Positions 1-10,678 of a stretch of 64,000 nucleotides of DNA are shown piece after piece (positions within the stretch are counted from its first letter, which is position 1; each line of letters opens with the position of its first letter). Below the pieces are notes generated by a model. It ran no database searches. It saw nothing but the letters and a program-made list of their open reading frames with translations, and was not told the DNA's origin. The translations under genes were made by a program, and so were the position numbers. Source of the DNA: Ministeria vibrans ATCC 50519 (Eukaryota; Protista; Filasterea); contig CALSCP010001419.1 of assembly GCA_943704425.1 (NCBI GenBank), forward strand, positions 1-64,000. The letters run 5' to 3'.

Positions 1-86
1 CCCCCCCTCCCCTTTACCAATATTCGTGTATGTATTTCAAAACACTTTGCAGTTGCGCCTGCGTTCATTTTTTCCTCGTCTCTTTT

Positions 87-967
87 TTACTTGTTGGCCA
101 TGTACTCGTTGTACGCCTCCCTCTCTTCCTGAGCCAATTTCTCATACGGCTGCAATAAATATGAGAAAAAACAAAAAGTCATTACGTCATTTTAGTCTCA
201 CAGTAGGTAGGACGCACTGCACATGCAACGCCTTACCGCTCGGTGCTCTGCATCTGCACTGCGCCAGAGCTGTCCCATCAACTTAAAGATCTCCTTGCCC
301 TTGTAGCCCTCTGTGATGAATACAAACAAAAGAGAGAAGATGTGTGCGTGTATGAGTGTCAAGGGGTGCAAGAGTGTGATGGAAACACAAACGACGTACG
401 GTCAAGGAGTTCTTGGCGCTTTGCAATGCCTACACACAACACAATCATGATTAGCGTCGTTCCCGCCGAAGCAAGGGCAAGTATCTGTATAAGGGGAACG
501 CATCGTCTTACTAAAGTGGAGGTAAGCGTTGCGCGGCTTCTTTCCTTCGCGACTTCTGAAAGAGACAAACGAAACAGCGAACTTAGCTTTTTTTTGGAGT
601 GTTTTTGATTACACACAACGGAAAAAGGAGGCGGGGTTTCTAGCTGACTTACTCGTTGGTGGACTAAAAACAGCAGAGAGAGGAGCCCAAGAGGAAAAGA
701 GAACGAGAAAGACGAGTGTGTGAGAAACAGGGACGAAACAAAAAATCGACTGATTTGAATGAAGCACTGTCGGAAGCGCATCTTGCAAAGGACCCCGCTC
801 AACATTCGCAATGCCACCCCCTCCCCCCGCCCCTCCCAAGTGCGTGGGAGGGTGCGTGTGGCGGGGACGGAGCGCGCAATGCCGTCGAAGTGTCTTACGT
901 AGGTTGCTCTCCGAAGGATCGCGACGGACGGGCGTTGAATGGAAACACGGGTGAAAGCACGCAGCAT
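87..967 (-). CDS. Small single-HMG-box protein with probable mitochondrial presequence (6 exons, ~96 aa; TFAM/Abf2-like role inferred)
   Basis: Manual GT-AG splicing gives MLRAFTRVSIQRPSVAILRRATY|STNE|SREGKKPRNAYLHF|SIAKRQELLD|QGYKGKEIFKLMGQLWRSADAEHRA|PYEKLAQEEREAYNEYMANK*. KPRNAYLHF, MGQLW and PYEKLA..E...Y are HMG-box motifs. The N-terminus is Arg-rich and has no acidic residues. The ORF track does not capture this gene. Confidence 0.8.
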
Positions 968-1318
968 GGTATGAACAATGGGGATCTGAGGATCTGAGTT
1001 ACTCCAAGTCAACTGTATAAAACTAAAATAATCGTAATGAAAAGTGAAGACCTTGGTCACTTATCACTAATTCACTATGAACTTATGAAAGATCAGGTAT
1101 TTTTCTGTCGTCATGTCGACCATCTTTGGAATTTGAGTGTTGAAACGCTCACTACCCCGGTCATTGAACTCATTGTGGTCAAGCTGGCGGCTATGTATTG
1201 AATGGTTTAGGGTGTCTATATTTATTGAATCAAGCGTGATGAGAATACAAGCAGCGTAAGATAGGATGATTCATGAGTCATGACTTGTTTATCGTAATGC
1301 AGTGTATGAGTGTGCAAT

Positions 1319-3268
1319 TCATTGTACAGTCGACCAGACGAGCGGCCCATCGGCGGCAAAGAGAGGATGTTGTTCGTCGAGATAGGTTGTGAGGAAGAGC
1401 GGAGGGCGCACAAGGGTGACGACTTCCTCAAAGAGAGTGGCAGCGGTTGCAAGACGTGTTGTGTCAGCAGCCGTGGCGACAGGCTGAGCGGCGACGGTTT
1501 CGTCAATGAGACGACGCACAAGCACTGCATCGACACACTGTCCACCAGTGCCCTCCAACTCAACGTGGTGACGAATCTGCTGCCATACTTGCGCGCGTGA
1601 AATCTACAGAAAAAAAAAGAGACAATATAATTATATATACGTATATGGGTTGTTGAGAGGGAGAGACGAGAGCAGAAAGGAGAGAGGCTACGATACCTCG
1701 GCGGTGGCTGAGTCTTCGACGCAACCATTGAAAACAAAGTGACCGTGCCCGCGCAGCCACGCGTCGCAAAACAGCACGCCCACGCCGACGTTGAGCCGCA
1801 GTCCGTCCATTGTACCAGCTCCTATTATGTCATCAATATACAATTCATATTAACGTTATATTCGAACATCAAACTCTTGCGTACCTTCGGGAATTTTGAG
1901 GAGATCCTCCTTCTGAATAAGACGGAGGCGGTCGGGAAACTGACGATGAATTTGATGTGACGGGGTCTTGTGCTTGTGACTGACAGAGGCAATGTTGCTG
2001 GCGGATGTAGTGTTGTTGGCGGGGATGTCGGCAAAGACACGGTCAAAGGCGAGCTGGGTGTCACGCACGAGGGCCAGGTCGTAGATGATGGCACCGTCAG
2101 CCCCGCGTGCCGCTTCGCTGCCCTTGGCCCGCTGCACCTTGGCATGGAGGGCGGTGCGGCGCTCGGGAGCATCGCCGGCAAGGAACACGTCGCCAATCAT
2201 GCCGCCGGTGGCTGGGGCGCCGCGACAGTGGCTCACGGCAATGACTAGGTCGCGGTAGCAACGCATAAAGTGCCTGTCGAAGCTGACGTATTTGGCACGG
2301 TCGGGAAAGACAAACTCGGGGCGCGCGCCAAGACGACAGATGATGCTTGCTGCATAATCCCACATGCCACAGTTGAGACCGGCGGAGCGTTCGCGCAGTT
2401 CAAAGAGGATCTCGTGCATCTCAAAGGCGGCCGTGATGCTCTCGATGAGCACGCATCCCTTGATGCTTGCGTGTGCCACTCCCGTGCGCTCCTCTACCCA
2501 CGCCGCCACTTCATTCCACAACGACGCCTCCAGTGCACTTTCCAGTTTGGGCAGGTAGCAAAAAGGCCCAGCACCACTCGGAAGCGAGCCAGTGGCGCTC
2601 AGTTGCGCCTCGGCTTGCTTCTGGAGCGCCAGCAATGCACGCGCATTGTGATGGAAGTACAACACAAAGTCAAAGAGTGCACCGGGCACCCGTCGGCCGT
2701 CCACAAGCATGTGTCGCTCCCACATGTTCCATGAGCGCGGTCGAAACATAATGGTGGGCAGTTGGGCAGGCGCAGGTGCGCCTGGCAAGTGCCCAGTCAC
2801 AGCGCGATTCAAATTGTCGTGTGAGCGCAGGATGTTGGACCAGGAGGGCGCAAAGCCATCATCAAAGTCGCATTGTACACCCTGAGCATCCGAGGAGAGT
2901 GCAGCGACGAGTCGTGGCGTCTCGCAGGGCGCAGCGTCGCCAATGTCGCAGCGTCGATCGAGAAGCGCCGCCGGTACGGGCGCCACGGTCCAGGGCGCCT
3001 CACGAATGGCACGCGTCGCCGGCGAGTAGTCGGGTAGCATGCCGCCGTTGGACATTTGGGCGGCACGCCGCTCTCGCTCGCTCATCACACGCGCAATACG
3101 CGACTGAAATGTACGCGCGGCAGCAGCAATGGTTGCCAACGCCTCTGGAGTGAGTACGCGCGCGTACGCAGCTGCATCCACGCCTGCAGGCGGTCCACAG
3201 ATTTGTACGACACCCTGCGCCGAGGTGGACGTAAGGTGCGCACGAATCGTGTTAATTCGCTCGTTCAT
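1319..3268 (-). CDS. MLS1: Malate synthase (glyoxylate cycle), 3 exons (3268-1885, 1821-1697, 1603-1319)
   Basis: Motifs LDRRCDI, CDFDD, FRPRSWNM.E, YLPKLES, LIESI.AAFEM.EIL, GLNCGMWDY, and spliced EDSATAEISRAQVWQ containing the catalytic Asp. Confidence 0.93.
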
Positions 3269-3349
3269 TGAAAAAAAAAATGGATTGAGTTGATCCCAAC
3301 TTTCTCGGTCTTGAGAAAATCCTTTTTTTTTGTTGCTCATCTCTCAATC

Positions 3350-4364
3350 ATGGTAGGTTTTCAGTGTGTGTGTCATTGGGGATGCCATGGGGTGGCTACC
3401 AGGATGCCAATAGCGTCCCTCCATCCTTCCTTCCGTCTCGTCTCGTTTTTTTTTTTTTTTCTGTCCCTGCGCCATCTCTCCTCTCTCAACGCCCTGCAAA
3501 TCGACGAGTGCGTCATCTGCGCGGGGTGTGCACGGCTTGAACGCCGCTGTGGCAGCGTCCCACACGGCTGCGCCAGTGCCGCTGGTTGTCCTCGTTTTTG
3601 CATTTTGGCTCTTCTTTCCTGCCTGCTTTTCCCTTGGTCTGCCTAGGCACCGCGTTATGACAGCACTGTCTGATGCCCATGCTATGGCGTGTCTGCGACT
3701 TTTGTTTTTGCTCTCACGTTTTCTGACTTTTTTTTTTTTTTTTTTTTTTTTTTTCCTACTTTCACTCTCCTCAGACGAAGAAGCGACGAAACACTGGACG
3801 CAACAAGCAGGGCCGTGGCCACGTTGTCTTCGTGCGATGCTGCAACTGCGCTCGCGCCTGCCCCAAGGACAAGGCTATCAAGGTACAAAAAAAAAAGGAA
3901 AAAAAAAAAAAGAAGGAAGGAACGCTGCGTCAAGGGCATGTGTGGGGTGTGTCGTATGTACTCCCTTCTGGTGTGTGTATGTGTGTGTGCACACACTTGC
4001 GAAGAAGCAAAAGAGCAAAAGCCTTTTTTTTTTTCTCTCTCTCGTTTACGACTCGCTCACCTGTCTCCGATGTTTTCCGGCCTTGTAGCGATTCATTATC
4101 CGCAACATGGTTGACTCTGCTGCGCTCCGTGACATCTCTGAGGCGTCGTGCATCGAGGGATACGTTCTGCCCAAGATGTACATCAAGATGCACTACTGCA
4201 TCTCGTGTGCCATTCACTCCAAGATGGTCCGCAACCGATCGATGAAGACTCGCCGCTCGCGTGTTCCCCCGCCGCGCTTCCGCTCGGCCGCCCCGCGTCC
4301 CCAGCAGGCTGGCCAGCAGAAGACTGGTGGCGCTGCCGTCACTGCCGGTGCCCCCAAGAAGTAA
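3350..4364 (+). CDS. RPS26: 40S ribosomal protein S26 (eS26); exon 1 is ATG only
   Basis: Spliced M|[36 protein letters not shown]|[20 protein letters not shown]...[25 protein letters not shown]. Confidence 0.97.
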
Positions 4365-4503
4365 ATGAAACTTTTGTCAAATTGTGCCCTATAGCCCAAG
4401 GAAGGAAAGAAAGAATCAAGAATCGAGCGCTTGGATCTTTTGATATTTTGAAAAGAAAGTGCATTTTAAGAAATTGTAAAGGTTGCGTGGCGGTGCTGCA
4501 TCT

Positions 4504-5496
4504 TTATGCAATGGTAGGGTAGTTTGCAGCCATGGTGACGCCACACTCGCCGGCGGGGCCTTGAGTGGTGCCACGGCGGATGCGCATGTACCCTTGCTCG
4601 CCCCAGTCGCTGCCCCACTCGTTTTGCAGGGTGTAGTAGGGCGTGCCCGAGTCTGAGTCGACGCCATAACCCACAAGGGTCACCATGTGGTCCAGTTGGC
4701 TGGCGCTGCAGTCTGGGTCAGAGTACACGCCGCTCGTGTACAACTGGAAGGAGGGACGCGACGCGTCAATGGCCACCATGATAGGCTGTTGTGCGAGTGC
4801 CGCCGTGAGAGCCGGTTCGTTCTTGGGCGGCACCTGCACGTTGGCCGAGACATGGATTGTGGGGGTGCACGACGAAGATTGACACGCGCCCGTGCCGCTG
4901 TGGTAAGCGTCTGCCGCGCAGAAGCCACCGAGCGCAACGACACACGAGAAGTTGGCGGCAAGGCCACCGTGTGTAAAGCAACAGTCAGATGCCTCGTCGG
5001 TGCTTGCTGTCTCCTCGTCGCCGTTCCTGATGCGCGCTGCGGCTGTCAGCGTAGCGGTGAAGGGAATCGCCGCGCACTGTTGCATGGCACCGCAATTGCC
5101 CACGGGCACCACCACTCCCTTGGTGCGCCAATCGACACTGGAGGGCGGCACGGCGGGCGAGCTGGGCGCGAGAGTGGTCGCAGTTGGGCTGTGGTGTGGT
5201 CGTGCGAACCACTGGGCAAACTCAGACCCTGTCAGATCCGCAAATTTGTTCAGGGCGACCTTATGCGACGTGTCGTTGCGCGCATTGTGCTGCTCAACAA
5301 ACATGTGGTTCTTGGTGAAGATGGCCAGTCGATGGGCCCACTCGGAAGCGTCGTTGGCATACGTCTTGCCGTGCTCGATGACAAACTGTTGGAAGTGCGA
5401 CTCGACAGTGTGCGCGCGTGCTGTCGCGGCCGCGCCGGTGCACAGCAGTGACAGCACCACTACGAGTGTCGCTACAAGTGTACCAGGGCGGATCAT
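4504..5496 (-). CDS. Secreted cathepsin L-like papain-family (C1A) protein with I29 propeptide; divergent active site
   Basis: Signal peptide, ERFNIN-like propeptide with NKFADLT, mature-domain start SVDWRTKG, FQLYTSGVY, LDHMVTLVGYG, NEWG.DWGEQGY. Intronless. Confidence 0.88.
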   Translation of the reverse strand: MIRPGTLVATLVVVLSLLCTGAAATARAHTVESHFQQFVIEHGKTYANDASEWAHRLAIFTKNHMFVEQHNARNDTSHKVALNKFADLTGSEFAQWFARPHHSPTATTLAPSSPAVPPSSVDWRTKGVVVPVGNCGAMQQCAAIPFTATLTAAARIRNGDEETASTDEASDCCFTHGGLAANFSCVVALGGFCAADAYHSGTGACQSSSCTPTIHVSANVQVPPKNEPALTAALAQQPIMVAIDASRPSFQLYTSGVYSDPDCSASQLDHMVTLVGYGVDSDSGTPYYTLQNEWGSDWGEQGYMRIRRGTTQGPAGECGVTMAANYPTIA

Positions 5497-5893
5497 GGTA
5501 GCGGAGCGGGAAAGAAGAATTTGGTTTTGTTGATTCACTTGTGGATTCGACTTTGTTGTTGTTGTTGGACTCGGTGTTGTGTCGCTGTGTTGACACAAGA
5601 AAGAATAGACAAACAACTGCCAATTGACCGATCAAGGACAGTTCATGGTTTAATCAGATGCTGATTAGTGGAGCTCAGCCGCTCTGTGGAGGAAAGGATG
5701 GAGCGGGAGGCCGGAGAGGAGCGTACAATGCGACGCTGGAAAAAGTAATAATAAATTAATATTGAAGATAAGAATTATTCATAGTTCATACTTTTTATTC
5801 GACGCCCCTTCTCTCTGGCTGGTCCAGGCCCGAGTCCGCTTGACCCCCTGTTTTGTTTGGTCTGTTCTTGTTTGCCTGCTTACGACGACTAGA

Positions 5894-7239
5894 ATGATAT
5901 CTGTTCAGTCGTCCTTGCTCATTTTGAGTCTTTCTCTTTCCGTTCTCTCGGCAAACGTCTCAATTACAAACGACGACGGAAACATTATTGTCACGGCCAA
6001 CCGAATGAATATAAGCGGGAGCCTGTACGTGAACGGGTCGCTGGCGCTGACCGAAGCAACCCTACACGCTCTGGTCGACCTAAAGACGAAGGTGGCGGAG
6101 CTAGAAACGCGTTTGTTCTTGGCGGCCTCGTCCGCTTCTTACATTAGCACCTGGGACACCACCCGCACGGCGACTGGCTCAAGTAGCAACGTTCAAGTGC
6201 GCCTGCCCCTCCAATCCAATGGGACGTACAATTTCACCGCAAGTTGGGGTGACGGCTCTCAGAGCCACATTACAACGAGTGAGGACGCAGCAGTCGTGCA
6301 CACATACAGCCAGGAAGGGAACTACACCCTGGCCTTGCATGGCACAATCGAAGGGTGGCGCTTCAACAACGGCGGTGACCGACTGAAATTGCTGAGCGTG
6401 ACACAATGGGGCTCGCTCAAGCTCGGCAATGATGGCGCTTACTTTTACGGTGCCGAAAACATGCAGATTCTCGCGACGGATCCGCTCGATCTGTCGGGAA
6501 CGGATAACCTCGAAAGGGCGTTTCATCGCACAAATATCGGCACGATGGGGAATCTGAACAATTGGGACACGAGCAAGGTGAGTACACAAGTTGAGTGGAC
6601 TCATGGAAACTTGCTCGTATTATTCAAGTCGAGTCGACACATAAAACTTGCTCGTACACAAGTCGAGTCGAGGCATTAAAATGCACGCCCTCTATGCTAT
6701 ATATGTGTGTGCAGGTGAAAAAGATGAGCCACATGTTTCGAGATGTACCCTTATTTAACCAGCCGCTGAGCAGCTGGGACACGAGCAAGGTGACTGACAT
6801 GTCCTTTATGTTCTTGGGAGCGTCTGCCTTTAACCACCCACTCAACACGTGGAATACAGATTCGGTGAGAGACAGAAAAGAAGAAAACCAAATTGAGAGA
6901 AAACAGTGTGATGTTGACCGTCTTTTTTGCTGGTGTTCTCAATAGCTCCTCGACATATCCTTTATGTTCCGTTCGGCCGTGTCGTTTAATCAGCCTCTCA
7001 ATGCCTGGAACACAAGCAACGTAATATGGGTCATACAGTTATAATACTTGTTCTGACATGACATCTTACATCTTTGACGACAGGTGATTGACATGCAGTC
7101 GATGTTCGAGATGGCTTCATCCTTCAATCAAGATCTCTCTTCGTGGTGTGTCTCCAATTTTGCCTCCCTGCCCTCGTCGTTTGACCTCGAGGCTTCCCAA
7201 TGGTCCCTCTCCCGGCCTCTGTGGGGATCTTGTCCCTGA
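5894..7239 (+). CDS. Secreted BspA-like/DUF285 repeat surface protein with PKD-like domain (4 exons)
   Basis: Signal peptide; YNFTASWGDGS...HTYSQEGNY (PKD-like); KLLSVTQWG; repeats W(D/N)TS(K/N)V..MS.MF..A..FNQPL; C-terminus WCVSNF...P..F....W...PLWGSCP*. Confidence 0.85.
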
Positions 7240-7568
7240 TGTATACAGTTTTGATCAAAATAATAATAAGTGGACTGTAAACCTCACTCAAACTGTCATG
7301 TCCCTTCCAACCCCCAGAAGATATCTCTATCACTTTGTCTCTTTCTCTCTCCTCTCTCTCTCTCTATCACTTTGTCTTTTTCTCCCTCCTCTCTCTCTCT
7401 CTCGCTCTCTCTCTTAGAAAATAAATGATATGCGCTTTGTAATTTGTTTATTTTCAATCCCTTCAATGGGACATGTGCATATCACTCCCAGCTCATTGAG
7501 TGAGTAGTCACCAGTCATTAGTCAAGTCAGTCTTTTCTTTGCAGTGTTCAAGACCTCCCAGCCCATAC

Positions 7569-8962
7569 ATGATGAAGATTGTTGCACTGATCGGCGCGCT
7601 TGCTGTTGTGGCGCACGCGTCTGTGTATGTTTCGCCAACTGGCGATGACACGACCGGCACGGGCACCAAGGACCGCCCTTACCGCACCGTCCGCTATGCC
7701 CACGACAAGATCGACACTACGGGTGTCATCTACCTCATGCCCGGCGCCTACACCGGCTCAGAGAACATGTTTGAGCTGCAAAAGAGTCTCACGATTTCTG
7801 GCGCTCCCGGCGAGGATCCCGCCACCATTTGGTTCGATGGCCTCAACGTCAACAACGGCCCCATCTTCACCTTTAGCATTGTTAAGGGCGTACGTCTTCT
7901 TCTCTTTCTTTCATCTGTCGCTGTTTTTTTTTTCGTATTATTTTAATGTCATCCAGATTTTGCTTTACTTTTGCTCATCTCTGTTTTGCCTCAACGCGCT
8001 CCACCAACCCCGATTTTATATAATACCTACCGGGAGTTTGTGGTTCTTCCCCAGAGAGGACCGGAAGCGCGCGCGTCTGTTAATTATTTCTCTTGTTAGG
8101 CTCTCGTCGCAAACTTTATCAACGTGGGCTTCCGCAAGCACAAGAACGCCGGTTTCAACATGGGCATTGTGCACATTTTGTCGGCGACGGCGACCTTTTC
8201 AAACTGTCGCTTTGAGGATAACGATCGTTCGGTGACCATCACGGGACATCCGGGCGTCGCGCACTTCACCAATGTCCAGTGTGTCAACAACGGCGAGTGT
8301 ATCAGCGTGCCTTACGCCGACTTTGGCAACACCGCTACCATTGTGATCAACAATGTGACCGTCACCGGCAAGAACACTGGCTCCGGACTGTCCATTAGCA
8401 GTGGACCCACCACCGTCACCGGCTCCGGCTTCCACGCTTCCTACCTTGCCTTTGGCTTCGACCTGACCACTTCCGACAAGGATTTCGACATCAAAATGAC
8501 CAACGTCAAGCTCGACCACAGCCTGCGCGGCATCTACGCCTACGGCATGTTCGACGGAAAGCCCGCCAAGGGCCGCATTAGCCTCAACGGCGGCTCCATT
8601 TCCCACAACGCTCTCAGTCGCTCCACCGACAATGGCGCCGGGTACGCACGTTTTTTGTCTTCGCGTGTGTTCATCACACTCAAAACTCACCGTACATTTG
8701 CATTAGAATTCTTTTGGGGCGCAACATCATTGTCGACTTGACTGACATTGAGATCACGAACAACACTGTGACCGCCATGGGCGGTGGCTGGTCGTGCAAG
8801 GACCAGGGCACACTCAACCTCAACTCCCTGACTGTCGAGTACAACCGTGCGCCCGACGGTGCTGCTGGCTCCTGTGACGCAGGCTGTGCCTTTGTCGCTT
8901 CCAAGGTTGTTGCTCGTGACAATGTCGAGGACAAGAACACCAAGCGTTGCTCTGGCATCTAA
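7569..8962 (+). CDS. Secreted pectin-lyase-fold (right-handed beta-helix) protein with DUF1565-like N-terminus (3 exons)
   Basis: Signal peptide MMKIVALIGALAVVAHA, then YVSPTGDDTTGTGTKDRPYRTV and IYLMPGAY, followed by Asn/Gly/Thr-rich beta-helix-type rungs. Confidence 0.65.
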
Positions 8963-9121
8963 GCCATCAATCAATACACAGTCCCCAATAATCAATCAAA
9001 GTCAACAACAATTATAACAATAATAATAAAAATAATTTTTTTTTATTTTTTTTTCTTCGAAACTCCCCTTTCATCCTTCCCTCACTGGTAGCCACGCCAT
9101 CCATTGCGCAGTCACACATAC

Positions 9122-10438
9122 ATGGGGGGTGAGCCGAATGGGAATGGAACGCGGTCGCTAGGGCGCTTTTTTTTCGGAAATCGGTCTGCACACTCCGGCA
9201 ATCCAAAAAAAGAAGCGAAAGCCGCAAACGAGGCTCGCGCCAATGCCTCGACTGCCACCGCCCCAGAGCGACTTCCTGCACTCTTCAGTCCGCCACGCAC
9301 AAGTCGGGTTGTTGCCGACGCATCGCAGCGACCGGCGGAACGCGATTCGGGGTCGTCAGGGAGAACTACCGTCTCGCCGTTACTTTCACCGACATGTACA
9401 GGCACCCCACGCGTCCTTGACACAGCCGTCAGCCGACGACGGTCCGTTGCTTTTGGACCCGACCACTGCGATGACACTTATAGAGACACCTCCGGCTCGT
9501 CGTTTGTCTCGGAAGCGCCGAGAAGACAACCGTTGCGAGCGTGTCTCTCCGAACCTTTTGACGGTCGCCTTGCACTGCACCATGGCCCGTCCACACCGTC
9601 CGCGTCAACCCCTCACCCTCACACACACGGCCATCAACCCCATCAAGGCATGATATTGAGCAGACGGCACTCGGGAGGGTCGTCACCAGCCCGCGACGAG
9701 TCTCGCCCACCCTCGACAAGCCCTGTTGCACCAACTGGCCGTCTACTGCTGCCTGCACTCCTCTCACCCGTCGCCTCTCATCGTCGCCCAACACCCGTAG
9801 GCGACGACGACATATCACCACCACCATCGCCGCGGTTGCCCCCGGGCCCATCGCCCGGCTCGGCTCGTCGACATCGTCTCGACATGCTCAACAAGAAGAA
9901 GGCTCGCAGACCCACTAGCTGCAGCGTGTCGTACACAGCGCCATCCAAGCAGGACTATGAATGGCAACAATTTGAACAACAACTTCAACTGCAACTGCAA
10001 CTGCGTCAAGACGTAGTACCACCAGTCCAGCAACATGCAAACGACGACGACAACACCGCCAAAGTAGAAGAAGAAGAAGAAGAAGGAAACGACGACGAGG
10101 AGGATGGTAACACTCCACCACCTTCGCCCCCCGTTGTCACCAAAATGGTCGCACGCTCTCGTCAGCACACACTCGACACGACGGCTCTCATTGAATGCGA
10201 CGAACCGGCAAGCCGCAGCCTGGCCCGGCGCACGCGCAGCATGTCCCCGCCGGCGCCACGTGATGGCAAGACACCTGTGGCACGCACCACGAGTGCCATG
10301 ATGCTCTGGCGTACACCGGACCCGGTCGTCGAAGACACGGAGCCCATCGACGAGCGCGCGGCCGGCGCTGACTTTTCCCATCGACAGAAGCATCGCAGAG
10401 AATGGCAGCCGCGCGCAGCATCCGCCAATGACCACTGA
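9122..10438 (+). CDS. Hypothetical low-complexity (Pro/Ser/Arg-rich, probably disordered) protein
   Basis: 438-codon GC-rich ORF between AT-rich spacers; no recognisable domain. Confidence 0.6.
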   Translation: MGGEPNGNGTRSLGRFFFGNRSAHSGNPKKEAKAANEARANASTATAPERLPALFSPPRTSRVVADASQRPAERDSGSSGRTTVSPLLSPTCTGTPRVLDTAVSRRRSVAFGPDHCDDTYRDTSGSSFVSEAPRRQPLRACLSEPFDGRLALHHGPSTPSASTPHPHTHGHQPHQGMILSRRHSGGSSPARDESRPPSTSPVAPTGRLLLPALLSPVASHRRPTPVGDDDISPPPSPRLPPGPSPGSARRHRLDMLNKKKARRPTSCSVSYTAPSKQDYEWQQFEQQLQLQLQLRQDVVPPVQQHANDDDNTAKVEEEEEEGNDDEEDGNTPPPSPPVVTKMVARSRQHTLDTTALIECDEPASRSLARRTRSMSPPAPRDGKTPVARTTSAMMLWRTPDPVVEDTEPIDERAAGADFSHRQKHRREWQPRAASANDH

Positions 10439-10678
10439 GGGGGAGAATTATTATCACTAAAATATTTATTATTATTACTTATAGTGTCTTCTTCTTCTTA
10501 TTATTACTTATACTCGATGTACAATTTAAACAAACTCCGAAGCTAAGAGTTGAACACCAGTTAACGCCTCTCTCCATATGGCATATACACTAGCCTTGCT
10601 CTAATTACTAATATGTATTCCGTTCACTCTGCTATTCTCTCTTTTTGCGCATCTTTTGAGATTGAGTCACACTTATTC

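Noticed and set aside
3353-3774. Possible intronic snoRNA in RPS26 intron 1
   Set aside because: A CTGA is present but I could not find a convincing C box, terminal stem or guide; an Infernal/snoscan search would be needed.
6605-6675. Short direct repeat (ACTTGCTCGTA...CAAGTCGAGTCGA) in the BspA-like intron
   Set aside because: A local duplication only, with no terminal inverted repeats or target-site duplication to support a mobile element.
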